Assembly (NCBI GenBank): GCA_032128415.1
Contig: JAQBGW010000063.1
Span: 3,597-67,596, forward strand
DNA length: 64,000 nucleotides
From: Betaproteobacteria bacterium
Lineage (GTDB): Bacteria; Pseudomonadota; Gammaproteobacteria; Burkholderiales; SG8-41
Direction: 5' to 3'
Both the position numbers and the translations under genes were made by a program. The notes under the pieces were generated by a model. That model was not told the DNA's origin. It was given only the letters and a program-made list of their open reading frames with translations, and made no database searches. Below are positions 8,407 to 17,698 of this stretch, one piece after another; the first letter of the stretch is position 1, and each line of letters starts with the position of its first letter.

Positions 8407-9540
8407 TCAGGCCCTGGCGCTGTCCTGTCGCGCCGCGAGCAGGCAATACAGCGCGACGGACGCAGGAATGATTAATGTGGCGAAGGCAATGCCATAGCTG
8501 CGTGTCAGGGCGTACACGTTGGCAAAAATAATCGGCCCCGCGAATTTACCGACATTGGTGATCACCAGTGAACCGCTGATGGCAAGGCTGACCTGGCCTG
8601 CAGGCGCAAGTCGGCCGACCTCCGCAAGAGTGACACCGGGCCAGCTGCCGGAAGTCGCACCGAGCACCGCGAACAATACATAGACCCAGATCAAGGGCAG
8701 CGCGGGATCCAGCGCCAGCGCCGCGATCGTTGACGCAATCAATACGCCCGAATTCCACGCCAGCACGCGCGCGGTGTCGCCCACGCGGTCCACAATCCAG
8801 CCGATCAGCACGCGTCCGCCTGCACTGGCCAGCTGCACCACAGTCAGCACCGTGCCGGCCATAACCAGTCCCATGTCGAGGGTGGTGACGCAGGCGACCA
8901 CGGTGAAGGTTGCGGCGCAGAACTGTATCCACGACAAACATCCACCGGCAATTGCAATCAGCCGCAGTTGCGGCTGGCGCCAGATCGCGAAAGTTCCGGC
9001 CAGCGGATTGGCCGTGACGGCCGGCGCAGCGCGGTCACGGTCATCGTCCCAGTGCCGGCGTTCCTGTTGCATCAGCACGACCACGCCGACCAGCAATACG
9101 ACGCTGACAATGACTGCCCAGCGCCAGCCGGCGTATATCGCCACTGCCGGAGAAATCAGTGCCGCGAACATGCCGCCTGCGGGGATGCCGACCTGATGCA
9201 GAGAGAACATGGTACTGCGCCGTTCCGGTGGCGTGAAGCGCATCAGCAGGTGCGATGCCGAGGGCGTGATCATGCCGTAGCCGAGGCCGATCACCAGCGA
9301 ACCGATGATCAGGAATGCGCTCCACGGCACCAGCAGGAGCAACATGCCGATGGCCACCAGCGCGTGGCCCAGTTGATTGGTGCGCGCCGCACCATAGCGG
9401 CGGCTGGTGCTGCCGAGCAGCGTTAAAGTGAACACCATGCCGGTGCTGACCAGACTGATCTGGTAGCCGATCAGCGATGGGTCGAAGCCGTAGTCACGCG
9501 CAACTTCCGGTGCCACCGCCGGCAGCACCAGCACCGCCAT
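8407..9540 (-). CDS. MFS transporter (5' end unresolved: TM1 continues upstream of the first canonical start)
   Basis: About 11-12 predicted TM helices with MFS-like loops. The in-frame upstream translation ...SSLFLLLALLAGHTFAS precedes Met-9540. There is no ATG, GTG or TTG in that frame back to the stop at 9778-9780. Confidence 0.7.
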   Translation of the reverse strand: MAVLVLPAVAPEVARDYGFDPSLIGYQISLVSTGMVFTLTLLGSTSRRYGAARTNQLGHALVAIGMLLLLVPWSAFLIIGSLVIGLGYGMITPSASHLLMRFTPPERRSTMFSLHQVGIPAGGMFAALISPAVAIYAGWRWAVIVSVVLLVGVVVLMQQERRHWDDDRDRAAPAVTANPLAGTFAIWRQPQLRLIAIAGGCLSWIQFCAATFTVVACVTTLDMGLVMAGTVLTVVQLASAGGRVLIGWIVDRVGDTARVLAWNSGVLIASTIAALALDPALPLIWVYVLFAVLGATSGSWPGVTLAEVGRLAPAGQVSLAISGSLVITNVGKFAGPIIFANVYALTRSYGIAFATLIIPASVALYCLLAARQDSARA

Positions 9541-9602
9541 TGAGGCAAAGGTGTGGCCGGCCAGCAGCGCGAGCAGCAGGAACAGCGATGAGACGGGGCT
9601 GG

Positions 9603-10178
9603 TCAGTTTGGAAACCAGGGCAGCATGGGCTCCTTGCCGGCAGGCAGTGCCTTGCGTGCCACATTGAGGATCATCGCCAGCATCGCGTAATAACCGGCGA
9701 CCGCGATGAGTTCGATTACACCCTGTTCGCCGAATACGCTGATCGCGCGCGCGTAAGTCGCATCGCAGACACTTTTGTTATGCAATGTTTCGGTGAGCAA
9801 GTCGTGCAGCGCTTCTTCATCCTGCACCATGCCCGTTGGACGCCGGCCTTCGGCGATGGCCTCGGCAATGGCCGGACTCAAGCCCGCTTTCATCGCATGC
9901 GCGTGATGCGACTGCCATTCGTATTGTTGCGTCCAGTGGCGCGCTGCCATCAGTGTTGCCATTTCAGCGATGCGGCGGTCGAGCGGGCAACGAAAGCGCA
10001 GATACTCGCCGACCTGTTGCACGGTGTGGGCAAGACCGGGGCTGCGCAGCAGCGCGAGAAAAGGCCCGCGCACTTCACCGCGCGGACCGGATGCAATTGC
10101 TGCGGCAACTTTATTCTGTTCGTCGGTGAGCTGCTCTGGCGCGATGCGCGGCAGACGCTCGGGGTGGGCATGGTGCAT
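9603..10178 (-). CDS. Carboxymuconolactone decarboxylase (AhpD-like) family protein
   Basis: The pattern LTDEQNKVAAAI...GPFLALLRSPGL...EMATLMAARHWTQQYEWQSH is typical of CMD-family proteins. Confidence 0.7.
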   Translation of the reverse strand: MHHAHPERLPRIAPEQLTDEQNKVAAAIASGPRGEVRGPFLALLRSPGLAHTVQQVGEYLRFRCPLDRRIAEMATLMAARHWTQQYEWQSHHAHAMKAGLSPAIAEAIAEGRRPTGMVQDEEALHDLLTETLHNKSVCDATYARAISVFGEQGVIELIAVAGYYAMLAMILNVARKALPAGKEPMLPWFPN

Positions 10179-10529
10179 GATGATCTCCTCTGAAAATGCA
10201 GCTATTCATAGTTCCGACCCCTCTGCTTTACCCCAAGCGTTCCCTGGCCGCCAGGAAAAAAAAGGGGGGGATGCTAGCAGCAATGTAATGCAACGAATTA
10301 CCGGTTTCAGTACAGAGCCGCGAGCATAGCGGGAATGCGTGCCAGTTGCGATTGTCCACATGCTGGGGCACATTCCCCGCTGGTATAGTGCGTACGCATA
10401 CTGCATGGCGATTCAGCCGGAGTTCAGCTGGAGAAAAAATGCGCAGCAGGATGAGCAGGTTGCCGGTGTTCGCTACGTTTACCAAGCTGGCCAGGGCTGG
10501 CAATATCGAGGTCCGATAATCGGGAGTCA

Positions 10530-11324
10530 ATGATGAAAATAAAATCCAACGGCATTGAATTGAATTGCGTCATCGAGGGCGATGGCCCGTGGGTGACGAT
10601 GTCGCATTCGCTGGCGTGCAATCTGTCGATGTGGGATCCACAGATACAGGCACTGACGCAGCATTACAAAGTGCTGCGCTTCGACACCCGCGGCCACGGC
10701 GCCAGCGCTGCACCGGCAGGCCCGTACACGCTGGAGCAGATGGCGGACGATGTGCACGGATTGTTCGCCGAACTGGGCATCAAGCGCACGCACTGGGTGG
10801 GTCTGTCGATGGGCGGCATGATTGGCGAAACCTACGCGCTCAAATATCCCGGCATGTTCCAGAGCATGGTGCTCGCCGACACCACCAGCCGCCGTCCGCC
10901 GAATGCCGAGCAGATGTGGGGTGAACGCATTGCGATGGCGCGCGATAAAGGCATGGATGCACTGGTCGAGGGCACGTTGGGGCGCTGGTTTACCGAACCC
11001 TACCGCAAGGCGCATCCGGAGGTGATGAAACGGATCGGCAACGATATACGCAACACCCCGGTGCCCGGTTTTGCCGGCTGCTGCGAGGCCATCGCCAAAA
11101 TCGATGTACTCGACCGGCTGAAGGAAATCGACTGTCCGGCGCTGGTGATGGTCGGCGATCAGGATCACGGCACGCCGCCGGAGATGGCGAAACAGATTCA
11201 GGCCAATCTGCGCGGTTCCGAATTGCTGATCATCGAGTCGGCGGCGCATCTGTCGAACGTCGAGCAGCCGGCAGTGTTTACCAGGGCGCTGATCGACTTT
11301 CTCGGCAAGCAGCAGGCGCGCTGA
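10530..11324 (+). CDS. Alpha/beta hydrolase, 3-oxoadipate enol-lactonase-like
   Basis: VTMSHSLACNLSMWDPQ, RFDTRGHGAS, nucleophile elbow GLSMGGMIG, C-terminal AAHLSNVEQP. Confidence 0.8.
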   Translation: MMKIKSNGIELNCVIEGDGPWVTMSHSLACNLSMWDPQIQALTQHYKVLRFDTRGHGASAAPAGPYTLEQMADDVHGLFAELGIKRTHWVGLSMGGMIGETYALKYPGMFQSMVLADTTSRRPPNAEQMWGERIAMARDKGMDALVEGTLGRWFTEPYRKAHPEVMKRIGNDIRNTPVPGFAGCCEAIAKIDVLDRLKEIDCPALVMVGDQDHGTPPEMAKQIQANLRGSELLIIESAAHLSNVEQPAVFTRALIDFLGKQQAR

Positions 11325-11327
11325 GGA

Positions 11328-11987
11328 TCAGCGCGGCGCCGTCGCGCGTCGCGCGGCTGCCATCTCCGCTGTCAGCGCTTTGCCTGCCGCCGAAGTCCGG
11401 TCGCGCGCTGCGGTGATCTCGGCGGTGGCCGGTATGCGTACTTCCGCGATTAGCCCGGCGAGTGCCTTGTGTGCATCGGCATAACCATCAGCAATATTGG
11501 TATGCGCATCTACGGCGCGCTGGTATTCGCGAAAATCCTGTTCCAGCCGGTTTTTCAGACGCACGGCCTCGCTGGCCCAGTTTGGTGCGGCGCGACTGCT
11601 GGAGAGGTGACTGCGGAGCGCAGTGATGCCGTTGCGTACGCTGGTATCCAGCACCAGCACGGAGGCCTGCCGCTTTAATAATTCGCGGATGGTGTGGAGA
11701 TAGGTATCGGCGCCGGCCCCCAGCAGCAGTATGCGGGAGGTGGTGGCGGCACGCAGCGCTGTCAATTCCTGATCGACACGTTCAATCGCCGCCGCGACCA
11801 CCTGCGATTGCGCAATCGGATCGTCCGCGGGTGCGAGGGCGGTGCGTAGCGCCTGCGTGGCATTGTCGATGTGGGTGAGTGCGGTGTCGTGCAACTTTTT
11901 TGTTTGATGCCGATCCCACGTCACATAACCCGTAATTGCAGCGATAATGAGCGCCACCGCGCCTATGAGTAAGTAGTTTTTCTTCAT
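11328..11987 (-). CDS. Hypothetical membrane-anchored, Ala-rich helical protein
   Basis: One N-terminal TM (LLIGAVALIIAAITGYVTW) followed by about 190 aa predicted helical. No motif recognised. Confidence 0.5.
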   Translation of the reverse strand: MKKNYLLIGAVALIIAAITGYVTWDRHQTKKLHDTALTHIDNATQALRTALAPADDPIAQSQVVAAAIERVDQELTALRAATTSRILLLGAGADTYLHTIRELLKRQASVLVLDTSVRNGITALRSHLSSSRAAPNWASEAVRLKNRLEQDFREYQRAVDAHTNIADGYADAHKALAGLIAEVRIPATAEITAARDRTSAAGKALTAEMAAARRATAPR

Positions 11988-12062
11988 GCCTCACTCCAGA
12001 TTTTTGATTTTGCACGACAGGGTGCAGGCGCCAGCGCCATAGGTCAATGATAGGATTGTCTG

Positions 12063-13847
12063 ATGCCCGACAAGAATACCGCATCTGCAGCTACCGGTGA
12101 TCCGGCGCAACTCCTGCGTCTATTGCAATTTCTCGCGCCGTACCGGTGGCGGGTGGTGGTCGCGCTGGTCGCGCTGGTGACGGCGGCGGGTTGTGTGCTG
12201 GCACTGGGGCAAGGATTGCGTTTTGTCATTGACGCCGGGTTCGGCAGCGGTAATCCGGCCATGCTCGATATGGCGTTGGCCGGCGTCATTGCAGTGGCCA
12301 CGGTGCTGGCGGTCGCCACCTACACCCGCTTCTACCTGATGATGACCGTGGGCGAGCGTGTCATTGCCGATCTGCGGCGTGCAGTGTTCGCGCATGTCCT
12401 GCAGTTGTCACCGGCTTTTTTTGACGCCTCTCGTACCGGCGAAATCGTATCCCGTCTCACCAACGACAGCGAACAACTGCGTCAGGTGATCGGTTTCGGC
12501 CTGTCGATGTTCCTGCGCAACGGTCTGATGATGATCGGCGCGCTGGTGCTGCTGTTCACGACGAGTCCCAAGCTGGCTGCGCTGATCGTGCTCGGCGTGC
12601 CGGCCACACTGGTGCCGATATTGGTGGTCGGGCGGCGCGTGCGCCGCCTCTCTCGCGCCAACCAGGATCGCGTGGCTGAAGTATCGGCGCATATCGATGA
12701 ATCGCTGCACGAAATCCGTACGGTGCAGGCTTACGGTCATGAAGTGCTGACGCGCAGCACCTTCGATGACGCCACTGAAGCGGCTTACGCCGCGGGTGCC
12801 GACCGTATTCGCGTCAAAGCCTGGTTGATCTCGTCGGTGATGCTGATTGCGTTCTGTGCAGTCGGCGTGATTCTGTGGGTCGGCGGGCACGACGTGCTGG
12901 AGGGACGCTTGACCGCAGGGGAGCTGTCGGCCTTCGTGTTTTATGCGGGCATCGTTGCCAGCGGCGCAGGCTTGCTGTCGGAAATCTGGGGTGAGATTCA
13001 GCGTGCTGCGGGTGCAACCGACCGCCTGACCGAACTGCTGAACACGCAACCGGCACTGATCGTGGCTGAACCGCGCATCGAATTGCCGGTGCAGATTCGC
13101 GGGGCGATCCGCTTCGACCAGACGGCGTTTGCCTATCCGACGCGGCCCGATGCCATGGCGCTGGCCGGACTGTCGTTTGATGTGCATCCCGGAGAACGTG
13201 TGGCACTGGTCGGGCCTTCGGGTGCGGGCAAGACCACGGTATTTGCCTTGCTGCTGCGTTTCTACGATCCGCAAGCGGGCCGCATCCTGATCGACGGCGC
13301 TGATATCCGCCATTGCGATCCGCTGGCAGTGCGTCGGCGCATTGCGCTAGTGTCGCAGGATCCGGTGATTTTTGCGGCGAGCGTGACCGATAACGTGCGC
13401 TTCGGCAGACCCGAAGCAACGGAGGACGAAGTGCACGCTGCCTGCGCCGCGGCACACGCCATTGAGTTCATCGATCGCCTGCCGCAGGGTTTTGAGACCG
13501 ATCTCGGCGAGCGCGGCATCAAGCTCTCCGGCGGGCAGCGCCAGCGCCTGTCGATCGCCCGCGCGTTGCTGGCGGACCGTCCTATTCTGCTGCTCGATGA
13601 AGCCACCAGTTCACTGGACGCGGAAAGCGAACGCCAGGTTGCCGCTGCGCTGGAGCAACTCGCCCAGGGCCGTACCACGCTGGTGATTGCCCACCGGCTC
13701 GCCACCGTGCGCAACGCCGACCGCATCCTGGTACTCGACCGCGGCCATCTGCACTCGACAGGCACGCATGACGAACTGCTGCGCGCCGACGGGCTCTATG
13801 CCCATCTTGCGCGGTTGCAGTTCATGCATGAGGGTGAGGCAGCCTGA
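12063..13847 (+). CDS. ABC transporter, fused permease/ATPase (MsbA/exporter type)
   Basis: Six-TM N-terminal half. Walker A GPSGAGKTT, signature LSGGQRQR, Walker B ILLLDEATS, H-loop IAHRL. Confidence 0.9.
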   Translation: MPDKNTASAATGDPAQLLRLLQFLAPYRWRVVVALVALVTAAGCVLALGQGLRFVIDAGFGSGNPAMLDMALAGVIAVATVLAVATYTRFYLMMTVGERVIADLRRAVFAHVLQLSPAFFDASRTGEIVSRLTNDSEQLRQVIGFGLSMFLRNGLMMIGALVLLFTTSPKLAALIVLGVPATLVPILVVGRRVRRLSRANQDRVAEVSAHIDESLHEIRTVQAYGHEVLTRSTFDDATEAAYAAGADRIRVKAWLISSVMLIAFCAVGVILWVGGHDVLEGRLTAGELSAFVFYAGIVASGAGLLSEIWGEIQRAAGATDRLTELLNTQPALIVAEPRIELPVQIRGAIRFDQTAFAYPTRPDAMALAGLSFDVHPGERVALVGPSGAGKTTVFALLLRFYDPQAGRILIDGADIRHCDPLAVRRRIALVSQDPVIFAASVTDNVRFGRPEATEDEVHAACAAAHAIEFIDRLPQGFETDLGERGIKLSGGQRQRLSIARALLADRPILLLDEATSSLDAESERQVAAALEQLAQGRTTLVIAHRLATVRNADRILVLDRGHLHSTGTHDELLRADGLYAHLARLQFMHEGEAA

Positions 13848-13898
13848 TGGTGCCTGATGCTGCCTGATGAGTTTTTATTGTTAGGAGACAAACCATCT

Positions 13899-13956
13899 CC
13901 GTTCGCCCTGAGTTTGTCGAAGGGCGGCAGGGTTTCGACAAGCTCAGCCCGAACGG
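13899..13956. repeat. GC-rich palindromic REP element, copy 1 (CCGTTCGCCCTGAG...CTCAGCCCGAACGG)
   Basis: 58-nt imperfect palindrome between convergent genes. Same family as 25788-25845 and 39917-39997. Confidence 0.8.
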
Positions 13957-13992
13957 TTTCAGGCCTTTTCTAAAGGGCAATAGAAGATCGGA

Positions 13993-14742
13993 TCAGAACA
14001 TCTGCTGTCCGCCGTCCACATAAATCAACTGTCCGCTGATCATCACCGCCGCCGGGGTGCACAGGTAACGCACCATGCCTGCGACTTCTTCCGGACGCGA
14101 ACGCCGCCCCATAGGCACATTGGACGCATCGGCTCGCGCCGAGCGTCCTGCGGCACGCGCGGTATCCATTTGTCCCGGTGACACGCAATTGACGTTGATG
14201 TGATGCGCGCCGAGTTCTTTCGCCAGCGCGCGGGTCATGCCCCACAGCCCGTGTTTGCCGACCGAACCGTGTACGCGCCGTGCTGCGCCGGACAGCGCGG
14301 TCATGCCGCCGAGGGTGACGATGCTGCCGCCCCCCGCGGCGATCATCGACGGCAGACAGGCCTTGGTGCAGTGGAAGGAGCCGTCGAGCGTGATCGACAG
14401 CAGGCTGCGCCATTCGTCGAAACTCATGTCGATAAACGCGGTTTCCTTGCGGATTGAGGCGTTGAGCACGAGGATATCGACCTTGCCGTGGCGCTTGATG
14501 ATTCCCGTGACCATGGCGTTCACCGCGCCGGCGTCACTGATGTCGGCGATACAGGTCTCCGCAGTGCCTCCGGCGTCGCGGATTTCCTGCACTACGGCGT
14601 CGGCATCCACCTTTGCCGTGCGTGCGTTGACCGCCACTGTGGCGCCGGCTTCTGCCAGTGCCAGTGCAATGGCACGGCCGATATTGCGTGCGGCGCCGGT
14701 AACCAGCGCCACTTTTCCTGTGAGTTCCTTGCCTGCAGTCAT
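13993..14742 (-). CDS. SDR-family oxidoreductase (FabG-like)
   Basis: TGAARNIGRA cofactor motif, NASI, catalytic region YxxxK context, SPG...T tail. Confidence 0.85.
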   Translation of the reverse strand: MTAGKELTGKVALVTGAARNIGRAIALALAEAGATVAVNARTAKVDADAVVQEIRDAGGTAETCIADISDAGAVNAMVTGIIKRHGKVDILVLNASIRKETAFIDMSFDEWRSLLSITLDGSFHCTKACLPSMIAAGGGSIVTLGGMTALSGAARRVHGSVGKHGLWGMTRALAKELGAHHINVNCVSPGQMDTARAAGRSARADASNVPMGRRSRPEEVAGMVRYLCTPAAVMISGQLIYVDGGQQMF

Positions 14743-14870
14743 GTTTTAATCCCCCTGTTTGGTGATGATTCGCTGAAATGGTGTGCCCGCGGCTGCCGGC
14801 CTACCCGGCCAATTTTACCGGCGAGCGACTAACCGTTACCATGCAACTACCTACCGGAGGAGAAAATCAG

Positions 14871-15839
14871 ATGATCACGATGCCCAGATTGTGGCTTGCG
14901 CTGTCGCTGGCGCTGATGACGTCGCTGGCCGGAGCGCAGGCCTGGCCCAGCAAACCGATCCGCGTGATTCTGTCGGTGCCCGCGGGTGCGACGCCGGATG
15001 TCACTGCGCGGCTGGTATTTCCGGGCCTGTCGCAGGAACTCGGCCAGCAACTGGTCGCCGATAATCGCCCCGGTGGCGGCGGCGTGATCGGCGCCGAAAT
15101 TGCCGCCAACTCGACGCCGGACGGCTATACGCTGTTCATCAGCAGTCCCGGTGCATTGACGATACTGCCGCATCTGCGCAAAAAGGTGCCCTACGATACG
15201 CTGCGCGATTTCACGCCGATCAGCCTGATTTCGATCGGGCCGTTCGTATTGATGGCGAATCCGTCTGTACCCGCAAAAAACATCAAGGAGCTGATTGCCC
15301 TGGCCAAAGCACAGCCCGGCAAGCTTAACTATGCGTCGGCCGGTAACGGCGTGGCCAACCATTTGGCGGGGGAGTTGTTCAAGCAGATGACCGGCACTGA
15401 AATTGTCCATGTGCCCTACAAGGGCGCGCCGCAAGCGGTGAGCGACGTTGTTGCCGGTCACATGAACCTGATGTTCAATTCAATTGCGCCGATCCTCGGG
15501 CATATCAAGGCCGGCCGCGTGCGTGTGCTGGGCATCGCCAGCCTGCAACGCTCGCCGCAACTGCCGGATGTGCCGACGATCAGCGAATCCGGCGTTCCGG
15601 GTTTCGAGGCCGTCAACTGGTTTGGCATGTTTGCGCCGGCCAAGACGCCACAAAGTATTATCAACAAAGTCAACGCGGCCGTGGTGAAGGTCATGCATGA
15701 TCCGGAAATACAGCAGCGGTTCAACAAATTTGGCGCAGATCCGGTTGGCAGTTCGGCGCAGGAGTTTTCAGCATTTGTCCGCCGCGACCTGGAGAAATAC
15801 GCGAAGATTGTCAAAATTTCTGGCGCGAGAATTGACTGA
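14871..15839 (+). CDS. Bug-family (TctC-like) substrate-binding protein
   Basis: Signal peptide MITMPRLWLALSLALMTSLAGAQA. Bug signatures ADNRPGGGG, YASAGNGVANH and HVPYKGA. GGAGGAG Shine-Dalgarno before ATG 14871. Confidence 0.9.
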   Translation: MITMPRLWLALSLALMTSLAGAQAWPSKPIRVILSVPAGATPDVTARLVFPGLSQELGQQLVADNRPGGGGVIGAEIAANSTPDGYTLFISSPGALTILPHLRKKVPYDTLRDFTPISLISIGPFVLMANPSVPAKNIKELIALAKAQPGKLNYASAGNGVANHLAGELFKQMTGTEIVHVPYKGAPQAVSDVVAGHMNLMFNSIAPILGHIKAGRVRVLGIASLQRSPQLPDVPTISESGVPGFEAVNWFGMFAPAKTPQSIINKVNAAVVKVMHDPEIQQRFNKFGADPVGSSAQEFSAFVRRDLEKYAKIVKISGARID

Positions 15840-15865
15840 GAACGTAGCCTGAAAACGCCATAGCC

Positions 15866-16669
15866 ATGGCCCAGCGATCCAGAAAAAAACACGCCATTAG
15901 CACGCGCACCGCACGGCCGCGTGTATCACGCCGCAGTACCAGCGCCGCCGAATGGCAGGTGCGCTGCGAGCTGGCTGCAGCACACCGGCTGATCGCGCAT
16001 TCCGTGTTTGTCGATATGACCTACAACCACATTTCCGTGCGCGTGCCCGGTGAGCCGGGGCATTTTCTGGTCAAAGCCGACAATGTGTATATGGAACAGG
16101 TGACGGCTTCCAATCTGGTCAAGTACGATCTCGACGGGCGGCAGGTCGGTGCGTCGGCATTCAAGGCGAGCCCGGCGGCGTACAACCTGCATGCCGCGGT
16201 GCTGAAAGCGCGGCCCGACATCCACTCTGCAGTGCATACCCATACACCCGCGAATCTTGCAGTGTCGGCGCAGAAAAGCGGCTTGCTGCCGCTGACCCAG
16301 CAGGCAATGCGCTTCTACAACCGCATCGCGCGTTATCCGAACGAAGTCGATGACACGACGCGTACCGGCGCGGATCAGCTCGCTGCCGCGCTGGGTAAAC
16401 ATTGGGTGATGCTGTTGGAGAATCACGGCGCGCTGATTTGTGGCACGACTTTGCCCGAAGCGTATATCTATCATCACTTCTTCGAGCTGGCGTGCCGCGC
16501 GCAGATCGGCGCACTGGCGGGTGGTGCCGAGGTCATCTTGCCGGAGCCCGCGGTATGCACGGCGCGCGCGGCGAAGTTTGGCCGCATTGGAGTTTACGAT
16601 TCCAGCAGCCGCGACTGGGTGGCGGGCATGGCGCTGGTCGAGAAACTGTTCCCGGATTACAAGAGTTAG
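15866..16669 (+). CDS. Class II aldolase/adducin-family protein
   Basis: HISVRVPG...FLVK, IHSAVHTHTPA metal-His cluster, LLENHGAL. Confidence 0.8.
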   Translation: MAQRSRKKHAISTRTARPRVSRRSTSAAEWQVRCELAAAHRLIAHSVFVDMTYNHISVRVPGEPGHFLVKADNVYMEQVTASNLVKYDLDGRQVGASAFKASPAAYNLHAAVLKARPDIHSAVHTHTPANLAVSAQKSGLLPLTQQAMRFYNRIARYPNEVDDTTRTGADQLAAALGKHWVMLLENHGALICGTTLPEAYIYHHFFELACRAQIGALAGGAEVILPEPAVCTARAAKFGRIGVYDSSSRDWVAGMALVEKLFPDYKS

Positions 16670-17502
16670 GCGGATTGTTTTTTAAGAAAAGCCAGCAGCA
16701 TCGCCGCCATTTCCGGTTCTTTCGAAGCCCACTCTTCCGGCGGCACAACGTCGACGTCGAGGTGATCCGGAAACAAAATATTGAGTTCGGCATCAGGCAA
16801 CAGGCGCGCCAGCGTTTCGCCGACTGCCTTCGGATGGGTGTTGTCGTTGCCGGGAATAACGCAGGCGGGCGCATTGAGCGAGCGCAGTTGATCTGCCGAG
16901 GCGCCGATTACCGGTAAGCCGGCCTCCTGCAGAAAGCCGGCGCTCCAATGCAGCATTGCGGCGATCATCTGGTGAGGATCCGTTGCGAGCAACCGCTCGC
17001 GGTTCGGCGGATGTGCAGCAATCAGATCCTTGAAGTGCGGCATGGTACAGACTGCAGCCATGCCGCCGGCCTGTGCCGCGGCGATGTATTGGCCATAATA
17101 TTCACGCGCAAGACGCTGCGCGGCAAAGGCGCCGCCGGTAATGCGCCACAACAGCAGGCCGCGCACCGCCTGCGGATAACGCAGTGCAAACGCCAGTGAC
17201 ATCCGGCAACCCGAAGAACCGCCACCCACAAACGCAGGCAGCGCACCGGCGTGCTGGAGCAGTGCATGCAGATCATCAGCCCAGACCTGGTGTTCTGCCG
17301 CGTCGCCTTCGAGCATGACGTCGGAGGCGCCGCAGTTGCGGCGGTCATGGATCAGCACACGGTATCCGGCACCGGCAATGCGTTGGGCGATAGCGCTTAC
17401 TGCGGCCAGTGCACGCCGACCGCCGGGCGACAGCGCGACCCAGGGGCCGGCGCTGCCGAGGATTTCGTAGTTCAGGCTGGCACCGTTAATGGTTGTTCTC
17501 AT
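16666..17502 (-). CDS. Alpha/beta hydrolase
   Basis: ILGSAGPWVALSPGG, HDRRNCGAS, nucleophile-elbow-like GGGSSGCRM. Start set at ATG 17502; the TTG at 17541 looks less likely. The stop overlaps the convergent aldolase stop. Confidence 0.7.
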   Translation of the reverse strand: MRTTINGASLNYEILGSAGPWVALSPGGRRALAAVSAIAQRIAGAGYRVLIHDRRNCGASDVMLEGDAAEHQVWADDLHALLQHAGALPAFVGGGSSGCRMSLAFALRYPQAVRGLLLWRITGGAFAAQRLAREYYGQYIAAAQAGGMAAVCTMPHFKDLIAAHPPNRERLLATDPHQMIAAMLHWSAGFLQEAGLPVIGASADQLRSLNAPACVIPGNDNTHPKAVGETLARLLPDAELNILFPDHLDVDVVPPEEWASKEPEMAAMLLAFLKKQSA

Positions 17503-17552
17503 GGTGGCCGGTATTACGCCAAGAAACAGGCCGCCCTGCAAGTGATAAAAAG

Positions 17553-17576
17553 ATCAATAAAAACAGATAGTGACAA
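17553..17576 (+). repeat. AT-rich dispersed intergenic motif (ATCAATAAAAACAGATAGTGACAA)
   Basis: Shares AAAAAGATCAATAAAAACA..TAGT.ACA with the copies at 31468, 39870 and 46616. Confidence 0.5.
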
Positions 17577-17698
17577 TATTATTGCCGATAATGTACCGGA
17601 CGCAGACAAAGTTCGTTCGGCTATACTCCGCCCCCATTACGATCAGGAGTCCCGCATTGCCCGCAAAGAGAAAAACAGTCACCAGTACGCAGCGCCGG

